The translations under genes were made by a program, and so were the position numbers. Below are positions 46,292 through 54,116 of a DNA stretch of 64,000 bases, one piece after another. The DNA is from Dehalococcoidia bacterium (GTDB taxonomy: Bacteria > Chloroflexota > Dehalococcoidia > Lucifugimonadales > UBA1123), in contig OY762210.1 in the NCBI GenBank assembly GCA_963665255.1, forward strand, positions 2,366,929-2,430,928, written 5' to 3'. Within the stretch, counting starts at the first letter, position 1. Each line of letters begins with the position of its first letter. The notes under the pieces are model-generated. The model saw only the letters and a program-made list of their open reading frames with translations, was not told where the DNA came from and ran no database searches.

Positions 46292-46948
46292 ATGGATGTA
46301 GCAACCGTCAAGCTCGACCCCAGGACCGTCACCGGCAAGAAGGTGCGTCAGCTCAGGCGACAGGGAGTTATCCCGGTACATCTGTATGGAGCGGACATTG
46401 AACCGTCGAACCTTCAGATCGAAGTTCGCGCGCTCAACAGGCTCCTGCCGCAGGTCGGTACCAATATCCCCATCTCGGTCGAGATAGAAGACCAGGAGGT
46501 GGAAAACATCTGTTTCGTCCGCGAGGTGCAGCGCCATCCGGTTACCGAAGAAGTGCTACACGTTGACTTCCTTCGTGTCGACATTACGAGGACTGTCAGC
46601 GCCGAAGTACCGCTCACGCTCTCGGGGATATCTCCTGCGGTGTCAGAGATGGCTGGAACCCTGCTGCAGAACATACAGACGCTTTCCATCGAGACGCTGC
46701 CAATGAACATGCCGGCAGAGATTCCTGTCGACATCTCTGTGCTCGTCGACTTCGATTCGACACTCCTGGTGGGAGACATCGAAGTGCCAGGAAACGTCAT
46801 AGTTCTAAACGATCCGGAAGACACGCTCGTACGTGTTGCCCCGCCGAGACTCGAGGTCGAGACCTTCGATGACGAGGGGCTTGAAGAGGGCGAAGGCGAA
46901 GAGGGCGCTGAGGGAGCCGACGAGGACGCCTCGGAAGACGAGAGCTAA
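46292..46948 (+). CDS. rplY: 50S ribosomal protein L25 / general stress protein Ctc
   Basis: N-terminal GKKVRQLRRQGVIPVHLYG, a two-domain Ctc form and an acidic C-terminal tail. AGGAG RBS. Confidence 0.9.
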   Translation: MDVATVKLDPRTVTGKKVRQLRRQGVIPVHLYGADIEPSNLQIEVRALNRLLPQVGTNIPISVEIEDQEVENICFVREVQRHPVTEEVLHVDFLRVDITRTVSAEVPLTLSGISPAVSEMAGTLLQNIQTLSIETLPMNMPAEIPVDISVLVDFDSTLLVGDIEVPGNVIVLNDPEDTLVRVAPPRLEVETFDDEGLEEGEGEEGAEGADEDASEDES

Positions 46949-46983
46949 GCCTGCTCTTCCCGCACCCACCTTACCAGCGCTGA

Positions 46984-48081
46984 CTAGCCGACTCTGTAGG
47001 GAGCCAACGCCTCTTCATTCAGGTTGATACCGAAACCAGGGCGATCCGGCGGGCTGACGTGCCCGTCCTCAACTTCGAGGGTCTCTTCGAACATCTGCCC
47101 CCACATCGGGTCAGTCGAGTTGCTGTAGTATTCGACAGTCAACCCGTTAGGAATGGCAGAAACCAGGTGGACGTGAACGTCCTGGTTTCCATGCGGCGCG
47201 ATGTGTAAATCGTGCGCCTGCGCGAGTGCGGCTACCTTCATGAACTCCGTAACTCCGCCCATGATCAGGCCATCAGGTTGGAGAATGTCGCAGCAGCGCC
47301 CCTCGATGAGTTCCCTGAAACCGTAGCGAGTGTACTCGTTCTCGCCAGTTGCAACTGGAATCGTCGTTGACTGGCTAACGAGCCGGTGGCCTTCGTAGTC
47401 GTCCGGGTTAACTGGCTCCTCGAACCAGAACACGTCATACGGCTCCATCTTACGAGCGATCTCCTGCGCCTGGTAGTGGCGATAGGCGCAGTTGGCATCG
47501 ACCATCACTCTGACGTCCGGGCCAACCGCCTCACGCACGACTCTGACGCGCTCAACGTCTTCGTTGATCGGCGCACCACCAATCTTCATCTTCACGGCCC
47601 TGGCGCCCATCTCAATTGCTATCGCCATCTCCTCAGCCAACTCCCCCAGACCCTTTCCTTCCTCGTAATAGCCTCCGGCGATGTACACGGGCACCTTGTT
47701 TGTGAAGCCGCCAAGCAGCTTGTACACCGGCAGTCCGGTGGCTTTGCCCTTCAGGTCCCACAGGGCGATATCGATACCACTGATAACCCTGGTTGTGATT
47801 CCTCGCCTACCGACGAGCTTAGGCTGCCAGAGGTCATCCCATATTTTTTCCGTGTCGAATGGGTCCTGTCCCACCACAACCTGGGCAAAGTGGTCGAGAA
47901 TCGCCTTTCCGATCTCCTCGGCACCCTGGACTCCGCCTGCCAGACCTACTCCGGTCACGCCCTCGTCCGTCTCGACCTTCACAACGTTGAGTCCAGCCGT
48001 GGGATACACATACATCCCGTTCCGGATCGGCGTTTCGCGCTTCCAACGATAGGTTTCCATATTGAGGGCCGTGATCTTCAT
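46984..48081 (-). CDS. enolase-superfamily enzyme, mandelate racemase/muconate-lactonizing family
   Basis: VETDEGVTGVG and ISGIDIALWDLKGKATGLPVYKLLGG motifs. Start at ATG 48081 (MKITALNM...). The track ORF adds 18 codons. Confidence 0.88.
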   Translation of the reverse strand: MKITALNMETYRWKRETPIRNGMYVYPTAGLNVVKVETDEGVTGVGLAGGVQGAEEIGKAILDHFAQVVVGQDPFDTEKIWDDLWQPKLVGRRGITTRVISGIDIALWDLKGKATGLPVYKLLGGFTNKVPVYIAGGYYEEGKGLGELAEEMAIAIEMGARAVKMKIGGAPINEDVERVRVVREAVGPDVRVMVDANCAYRHYQAQEIARKMEPYDVFWFEEPVNPDDYEGHRLVSQSTTIPVATGENEYTRYGFRELIEGRCCDILQPDGLIMGGVTEFMKVAALAQAHDLHIAPHGNQDVHVHLVSAIPNGLTVEYYSNSTDPMWGQMFEETLEVEDGHVSPPDRPGFGINLNEEALAPYRVG

Positions 48082-48221
48082 TGTGAGTCCTGCTCCAGTT
48101 TCACTTCGTGCATGGCCTGCTTCCACCCTGTTCACATGCGGAGTTACCGATTTCCTGGATCAGGGCGTTCGGGGCGGAGTATAGCATAGCGACTCCGAAC
48201 CCCAATGCACGCCAAACACGT

Positions 48222-48250
48222 TTGACACGGTCGAACTGCCTACCTATGAT
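48222..48250 (+). promoter_or_regulatory. near-consensus sigma-70 promoter of the vWA gene
   Basis: TTGACA (48222-48227), 17-nt spacer, TATGAT (48245-48250). ATG 48298 is about 40 nt downstream of the predicted start site. Confidence 0.6.
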
Positions 48251-48297
48251 TGCGCCATTCTGCCGAGCCATCGGTTCGGCTGCATGGGGGTCGACCT

Positions 48298-50319
48298 ATG
48301 ATCGGCTATCGCTACTCCCGGTGGGACGGTTCTCAGCATCCCTTCGACTTCGACGAAGACGACATCCTCGAAGCCCTCTCCGAAGACATCATGAACCACG
48401 GTGACGTCAACCGTGCGATGCGCAACCTGCTGCGTAGCGGCATGTCAGGCGATCAGGGCCAGCGCATTACCGGACTGCGCGAAATGAGGGAGCGGCTACG
48501 GCAGATGCAGCAGCAGAAGCTGCAGCAATACAACCTCGAGTCTGCAATGGACGACGTCAAGGAGCGCTTACAGGACGTTCTCGACACTGAACGGAGCGGC
48601 ATTGATCGCAGGCTTGAACAAGCTCGGGAAGACCTCGAAAACGCCGGCGAGAACAGGGACGCCCTCGAGCCCGCAATGGACCTGTTGGAGTCACGAGCCC
48701 AGCAGAACCTGGAGAAGCTGGACCTGCTGCCGGACAGCCCGGCCGGCCAGATGCGTGAGCTTTCCGAGTACGACTTCATGGACCCTGAGGCCCGCCAGAA
48801 GTTTGAAGAGCTGATGGACATGCTTCGTCAACAAATGATGCAGAACTTCTTCCAGGGCATGAAGGACGCCATAGAGGGCATGTCGCCAGAAGATATGCAG
48901 CGAATGCAGGAAATGATCCAGGCTCTGAACCAGATGCTGAACGACAGGGCCATGGGTGAAGATCCCGACTTCGAAGGCTTTATGGAGCAATACGGTCAAT
49001 TTTTCGATCCAGATAGGCCTGTAAGCCTCGACGAACTGATCGAACGCTTACAGCAGCAAATGGCCTCGATGCAGTCGCTTATGGACTCGATGCCCCAACA
49101 GATGCGGGACGAGCTGACGGACATGCTACAGGCCTCCATGGACCCATTGATGATGGGAGACCTCTCCGAACTGTCATCGCTCATGAACGAAATGTTCCCA
49201 TTCGACGACATGGCGAACGAGTACCCGTTCATGGGAGACGAGTCAGTCACGCTCGAACAGGCCATGAGGCTGATGGAACAGCTCCAGGATATGGACAGAC
49301 TGGACGAGCAGTTCGAGTCGATGACCCGACAGGGCGATGTCGATGACATCGATCTGGAGAAGGTTGAGGAGCATCTGGGCGAAGAAGCCAGGAGGGAGAT
49401 GGAGCAGCTTCAACAGCTGGTAAAGCAGTTGGAAGAAGCGGGTTATTTGCGTCGTGACGGTGACCGCCTTGAAGTCACCGCTCGCGGTATGCGCAAATTG
49501 GCCCAGAACGCCCTCAGAGAAGTGTTCTCGGAGATGAACAAGGATAGGATGGGCCGGCACGAGGTATTCACCAGGGGCGACGGCGGCGAGTTTACTGGCG
49601 AAACACGCCAGTACCAGTTTGGAGACCCGTTTGACATCGACCTGCACAGGACGCTGTTCAATTCAGTGCTTCGAGGCGGGCCAACTGTGCCCGTACAGGT
49701 CTCCGTAGATGACATGGAGCTTCGCCACACCGAGCATCTGACACAGACTGCCACAGTGTTGCTGCTGGACCAGAGCAAGTCGATGGGCATGTTTGGATAT
49801 TGGGGATCTGCCAAGAAGGTCGCGATGGCGCTCTACTGGCTCATCCACTCCCAGTTCCCAAGGGACTACTTCTACCTGGTAGGGTTCTCAGACTACGCCA
49901 TGGAGTTCAAGGAAGAAGACCTGCCCGAGGTCACCTGGAACTACTGGAATTCGGGCACGAACATGCAGCATGGACTAATGCTGGCACGCAAGCTCCTGTC
50001 GCGCCAAAAGGTGGCCAACAAGCATGTCATCATGGTGACGGATGGCGAGCCAACCACGCACCTGGAAGAGGGACACGCCTACTTCAGCTATCCCCCGAGC
50101 CATCGCACAATGGAGGAGACGCTGAAGGAGGTGAAGCGCTGCACGCAGGACGGCATCACGATCAACACCTTCATGCTGGAAGCCAACTACTACCTGATGG
50201 ACTTCATTGACCGGCTGACGAAAGTGAACAACGGCAGGGCGTTCTACAGCACTCCAAACCAATTGGGCGAGTACGTGATGGTCGACTACCTGAGGTCCAG
50301 GAAGCGCCGGATATCCTGA
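48298..50319 (+). CDS. von Willebrand factor A domain protein (CoxE/MoxR-associated type) with long Met/Gln/Glu-rich helical region
   Basis: N-terminal YRYSRWDGSQ. MIDAS motif LLLDQSKSM plus MVTDGEPT. The central ~350 aa are low-complexity and helical. The track ORF starts at TTG 48250. Confidence 0.8.
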   Translation: MIGYRYSRWDGSQHPFDFDEDDILEALSEDIMNHGDVNRAMRNLLRSGMSGDQGQRITGLREMRERLRQMQQQKLQQYNLESAMDDVKERLQDVLDTERSGIDRRLEQAREDLENAGENRDALEPAMDLLESRAQQNLEKLDLLPDSPAGQMRELSEYDFMDPEARQKFEELMDMLRQQMMQNFFQGMKDAIEGMSPEDMQRMQEMIQALNQMLNDRAMGEDPDFEGFMEQYGQFFDPDRPVSLDELIERLQQQMASMQSLMDSMPQQMRDELTDMLQASMDPLMMGDLSELSSLMNEMFPFDDMANEYPFMGDESVTLEQAMRLMEQLQDMDRLDEQFESMTRQGDVDDIDLEKVEEHLGEEARREMEQLQQLVKQLEEAGYLRRDGDRLEVTARGMRKLAQNALREVFSEMNKDRMGRHEVFTRGDGGEFTGETRQYQFGDPFDIDLHRTLFNSVLRGGPTVPVQVSVDDMELRHTEHLTQTATVLLLDQSKSMGMFGYWGSAKKVAMALYWLIHSQFPRDYFYLVGFSDYAMEFKEEDLPEVTWNYWNSGTNMQHGLMLARKLLSRQKVANKHVIMVTDGEPTTHLEEGHAYFSYPPSHRTMEETLKEVKRCTQDGITINTFMLEANYYLMDFIDRLTKVNNGRAFYSTPNQLGEYVMVDYLRSRKRRIS

Positions 50320-50337
50320 CCAGTTCCTGCCAGGGAA

Positions 50338-50850
50338 CTAACCGAACGGCCACCACCATCTACGTCCGCCACTGCTGGCTTCGCTCGTAGCCTGCTGCAC
50401 CTGTTGCTGCGTGGGAATGCTGATCGGCTGCCTGCTGAAGAGGCCCATCTGCCCAAGCGCGCGGTGGAACTGCTCCAACTGGAGGGGCTTTCTGGCATAC
50501 CTGCTGGGCGGAATCGAGTACGACTCAAGAAGGCTGGACTCGGCTTCTGTGCCGGTGAGCAGCATCACGGGAATCGAGACCAGGTCCTCATCCTGGTTAA
50601 TCTCAGCCAGTACCTCAGTGCCGTCCTTCTTGGGCAGCCTGAGGTCGAGAAGGATGAGATCGGGCCTCGCCGCGTCGGAGTACTCTCCCTCTTTCTTCAG
50701 AATGGCAAGAGCTATCTCGCCATCCTCAGCGTGGGTAATATTGGCCCGCTGGTTTGAACGCTCTATGGTGTCCTGAGCGAGCCGAAAGTCAGCGGGGTTA
50801 TCCTCTACCAGGAGTATCTCGATGAAGCGATCACCAACATCTGAAGTCAT
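50338..50850 (-). CDS. single-domain response regulator (receiver only, Rcp-like) with Gln-rich tail
   Basis: ILLVEDNPAD, phospho-acceptor LILLDLRLPKKDG and conserved KP. ATG 50850 lies 8 nt after GGAGG. The track ORF starts at GTG 50856. Confidence 0.88.
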   Translation of the reverse strand: MTSDVGDRFIEILLVEDNPADFRLAQDTIERSNQRANITHAEDGEIALAILKKEGEYSDAARPDLILLDLRLPKKDGTEVLAEINQDEDLVSIPVMLLTGTEAESSLLESYSIPPSRYARKPLQLEQFHRALGQMGLFSRQPISIPTQQQVQQATSEASSGGRRWWWPFG

Positions 50851-50876
50851 TGGCACAACCTCCTGGGCGCAGGGCC

Positions 50877-52514
50877 CTAATTCGTTACCGGGATGTTGAA
50901 ACGGAAAGTTGAGCCACTACCGACCTCCGATTCAACCCAGATTCTACCCCCGTGGCGTTGGGCTATCTTACTACACAGTGCGAGACCTATACCAGTACCG
51001 GTATATGCGGTGCGGGAATGAAGTCGCGCGAACATGCCAAATATCCGTTCCTGGTAGTCTGGCGCGATTCCAATACCATTGTCCTTGACCGAAAACACCC
51101 AGTCATTTCCCTGAAGCTCAGCCCATACCTGAATCTTGGGCGCCGCATCTCCAGTGAACTTGAGTGCGTTCCCGATCAGGTTCTGGAACAGTCTCGCGAG
51201 CTGCGCTTCGTCACCGTTTACGATTGGCAGCGGCGAGCACTCGACCTTCGCCTTCTGACTCTTGATCGCCTCGTTCAGGCCTCCCAGCACCGAGTCCATA
51301 ATACGCGAGCAGTTCACTGGTTCCAGTTCACGGCCCTGAGTCCCGACACGAGAATACTCCAGGAGATCGGTGATCAGACGCTGCATCCTTTCGGCGCCGT
51401 CAATCGCGAAGTCCATGAATTCGTGTGCTGTATCGTCGAGATTTTCGCCGTAGCGCTCCTTCACTAGCCCTAGATACGCCGTGATCGTTCTCAGCGGCTC
51501 CTGAAGGTCGTGGGACGCGGCATAGGCAAACTGCTCGAGGTCCGAGTTTGATCTGGCGAGATCATCCTGGGCTCTGACAATATCCGTGTAGAGAAGAGAG
51601 TTGGCAATAGCCGGAGTGATCTGGGACGCCACTCGAGAGAGCATCTCCGCGTCCTTCTCATAGTACGCATTGTCCAATAGCGAGCGAGCGTTCAAGATTC
51701 CAAACAGCTCACCCCTGTAGATGAGCGGGGCTAGGACCACGGATGGATACCTGAGCAGGTTCGGGAAGCGCCTTTCCATCTCCGCCGGATCACCTTGAAC
51801 TACCATTGCGCTTCGCGACCGGACAGCCTCGTCCGTAACCGTTCCCTCGAGCGATATAACTTCACCCGGGTTTCGTCCCTCAATCATATCACCGAGTACG
51901 TACGCGTTCGTAAAGGTATTGTCATCCAGATTGACCAGGCTAATAGAGAGCCTGTCAAACGGGATGAGGGTGCGGAGCTGTTCCCCAAAGCCAGCGTAGA
52001 CATCATTGATGTCGAGGCTGGAGCTAATTATCCTACCCACTTCGCCCAGAATCTCGTTCTCCGTTGCCAGTCTTCGCGCCTCCTCCCCTGCCGCGATCAT
52101 GGCTGCGTGCGCAGCCTTCATTCGCGTAACGTCGGTGGAGTAGATTCGAATGACGAGGTCTTCGGGTATGTACAGGAACTTTTGCTCATACGTCGAGCCC
52201 TGCACGTTTAATTCGCGGGTCTGAACACCGGAACCTTCATTCAGAAGGCGGGCCCGTATCGGGCCCATCTGGCTGGCCAGAGGATGGGTGCTCTTCGGGG
52301 CACCTGAATCCAACAGCTCTTCGGCTGCTGGGTTCACGTATGTAACGTTGCCGTCAAGATCAGTCTCAACTACCGGATTGGGGTTGTGAAGAGGGAAAGA
52401 AGACATCCTCTCCGACAATGATTCGGCGGAGGCCCTGACTTGCTCCTCTGATCTCCGACCCGCGCCCGCGAGACGGCGTACAATACCGGCCAGATGATTC
52501 TCTCGATTGTTCAT
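50877..52514 (-). CDS. cytoplasmic sensor histidine kinase (PAS - GAF - HisKA - HATPase_c)
   Basis: H-box FAYAASHDLQEPLRTI, N-box NLIGNALKF and G-boxes DNGIGI / GTGIGLALC. No TM segments. ATG 52514 is preceded by AGGAG. The track ORF starts at TTG 52541. Confidence 0.9.
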   Translation of the reverse strand: MNNRENHLAGIVRRLAGAGRRSEEQVRASAESLSERMSSFPLHNPNPVVETDLDGNVTYVNPAAEELLDSGAPKSTHPLASQMGPIRARLLNEGSGVQTRELNVQGSTYEQKFLYIPEDLVIRIYSTDVTRMKAAHAAMIAAGEEARRLATENEILGEVGRIISSSLDINDVYAGFGEQLRTLIPFDRLSISLVNLDDNTFTNAYVLGDMIEGRNPGEVISLEGTVTDEAVRSRSAMVVQGDPAEMERRFPNLLRYPSVVLAPLIYRGELFGILNARSLLDNAYYEKDAEMLSRVASQITPAIANSLLYTDIVRAQDDLARSNSDLEQFAYAASHDLQEPLRTITAYLGLVKERYGENLDDTAHEFMDFAIDGAERMQRLITDLLEYSRVGTQGRELEPVNCSRIMDSVLGGLNEAIKSQKAKVECSPLPIVNGDEAQLARLFQNLIGNALKFTGDAAPKIQVWAELQGNDWVFSVKDNGIGIAPDYQERIFGMFARLHSRTAYTGTGIGLALCSKIAQRHGGRIWVESEVGSGSTFRFNIPVTN

Positions 52515-52567
52515 ACCTGCTCCTGAGTGTGACCCTCGCAACCAGACAGGTGACGCTTTGACTTCAT

Positions 52568-53503
52568 CTACGTCCCAAACTTCGCTCCCGGTTTCAGACC
52601 GACTTCTTCAGTCCACTCCGGCGACATGACCTTTCGGCCTCCTTCCGGCTGGACTCTGCCAACTAAGATGGCACCTCCATTGGCGGCGACGGTGAAGCCC
52701 TCGTCTGAGACCTCTGTAACCTCACCGGCCTGGCTGCCAGTGTCGCCCGATATCTTGCTGGCTCTGAAGAATCCTACGGACGTGCCATCTAGGGTCGTAT
52801 TAGCGCCTGGACTTGGGTCGCCTCCCCTGACCAGGTTGTACACCTCGTCAACGGACTGGTTCTCCCAGTCGATCACGACATCCTCGGCTCTGCACCACCC
52901 TTCATAGGTGGCAGCGTCATGGTCCTGGTCTAACCGGGGGGCATTGCCTTCACGGACCATCTGGACCGACTCCACCATGGCGTCCACGCCCATCTGGTAC
53001 AGCTTGCCAAAATAGAGTGAACCAAGTGTGTCGTCTGGTGTAATCTCTACTTCCTTCTGCAGAAGAATGGGTCCAGTGTCCAGGCCCTTGTCCGGCCAAA
53101 AGACCGAAAGCCCTGTTACTGTCTCGCCCTCGATGATCGGCCAGTTCATGGAGCTGGGTCCACGGTGCTTGGGAAGTAGCGATGGATGGTACTGGATGGT
53201 CCCGTGCGTCGGAGCTTCCAGAATCTCGTCGGGAACTATGTCAGTCACGAACGCCATCACACAGAGGTCAGCGTTCAACTCTAGGAAGGCGTCGATTGCT
53301 ACCTTCCGCCGCATCCTCCGAAACTGAAAGACCGGTATGTCGCGTTCCACAGCTTCCTGCTTGATTGGGTCGAACGGGCGTCCTTCCCTGTCGGGAGGGC
53401 AAAACACTCCGACTATGTTCTCGCCATTTTCAGCCAAAGCCGCTAGAACGTCCTTGCCAAATGCGGCCTGACCTATCACAGCGATTCGCATATCGTCAGC
53501 CAT
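52568..53503 (-). CDS. formyltransferase-fold protein resembling the N-terminal hydrolase domain of 10-formyl-THF dehydrogenase (annotatable as Fmt-like)
   Basis: MRIAVIGQAAFGKDV...VVGVF, catalytic-region YHPSLLPKHRG and GLDTGPILLQKE..PDDT. The C-terminal Fmt-like beta-barrel domain is present. Start is ATG 53503 or 53491. The track ORF extends to 53590. Confidence 0.7.
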   Translation of the reverse strand: MADDMRIAVIGQAAFGKDVLAALAENGENIVGVFCPPDREGRPFDPIKQEAVERDIPVFQFRRMRRKVAIDAFLELNADLCVMAFVTDIVPDEILEAPTHGTIQYHPSLLPKHRGPSSMNWPIIEGETVTGLSVFWPDKGLDTGPILLQKEVEITPDDTLGSLYFGKLYQMGVDAMVESVQMVREGNAPRLDQDHDAATYEGWCRAEDVVIDWENQSVDEVYNLVRGGDPSPGANTTLDGTSVGFFRASKISGDTGSQAGEVTEVSDEGFTVAANGGAILVGRVQPEGGRKVMSPEWTEEVGLKPGAKFGT

Positions 53504-53550
53504 TTTTGAATTCGTCCAGCCTTTCCCGGTTACTCCCGATGCTTTTCCAG

Positions 53551-53580
53551 AATTTATCACTATCAGTGAGTCGGCGGCAA
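53551..53580 (-). promoter_or_regulatory. candidate promoter of the formyltransferase-like / HK / RR operon
   Basis: The minus strand reads TTGCCG, an 18-nt spacer ending in TGa, then TAAATT (extended -10). Confidence 0.35.
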
Positions 53581-53603
53581 TCCTGCGCACCTTATCTGAC
53601 TAT

Positions 53604-53628
53604 AGAATACACCTGCCCATGGTATTCT
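53604..53628. promoter_or_regulatory. 7-bp inverted repeat AGAATAC-N11-GTATTCT in the divergent intergenic region (candidate operator)
   Basis: AGAATAC at 53604-53610 and GTATTCT at 53622-53628, between the two divergent candidate promoters. Confidence 0.25.
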
Positions 53629-53662
53629 GCGCCGTTGCCGCGGTCCGTGTCGGTATTGTCGA

Positions 53663-53692
53663 TTGACTGAGGTTCGGCGGCATCGCTACAAT
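53663..53692 (+). promoter_or_regulatory. candidate sigma-70 promoter of the SWIM gene
   Basis: TTGACT (53663-53668), 18-nt spacer, TACAAT (53687-53692). GAAGGAGGGG RBS before ATG 53754. Confidence 0.5.
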
Positions 53693-53753
53693 TTTAACTA
53701 AGGCGCAAGTCGCACTCCAATTTTCTTGTCTCGCGAAGGAGGGGCACTGTCAT

Positions 53754-53999
53754 ATGAACTCAAGCTTCATAAGAAAGATTGAGAAAGCGAAGGACTACGC
53801 ACTCCAGAGAGAGCGGGTCAATTTCGAGAGCTGTACAATCCGGTTCCAGGGAGAGAACAGCGACCACACGATCACTTATGAGACTGGCAGTTGGGGATGC
53901 GATTGCGACTTCCATATCGGTCGCGAAACCTGCACTCACATCATGGCCATGCAGATGATGCTCGAAGACATGATTACCGAGGTCCCCGCAGCAACCTGA
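53754..53999 (+). CDS. small stand-alone SWIM zinc-finger protein
   Basis: 81 aa containing CDCDFHIGRETCTH, which fits the SWIM CxCxnCxH signature. It has a strong RBS, its own promoter and its own terminator. Confidence 0.55.
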   Translation: MNSSFIRKIEKAKDYALQRERVNFESCTIRFQGENSDHTITYETGSWGCDCDFHIGRETCTHIMAMQMMLEDMITEVPAAT

Positions 54000-54018
54000 T
54001 CACATTCCCACGACAACG

Positions 54019-54055
54019 AAAAGGGCCACGCAAGTAAGCGTGGCCCTTTTCGTTT
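54019..54055. terminator. bidirectional rho-independent terminator between convergent SWIM gene and fabF
   Basis: AAAA-GGGCCACGC-AAGTAA-GCGTGGCCC-TTTT. A perfect 9-bp GC-rich stem (54023-54031 / 54038-54046) flanked by A and T tracts. Confidence 0.8.
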
Positions 54056-54116
54056 GTCTACGTTACCGACACGGCTAACACCTTCACCGAAGTGGGAGCC
54101 GCTGATTCATGGAGTG

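Noticed and set aside
48171-48203. GC-rich bulged hairpin as a terminator
   Set aside because: No U-tract follows on either strand, and it lies between two divergent gene starts. It is mentioned only as a possible operator in the vWA finding.
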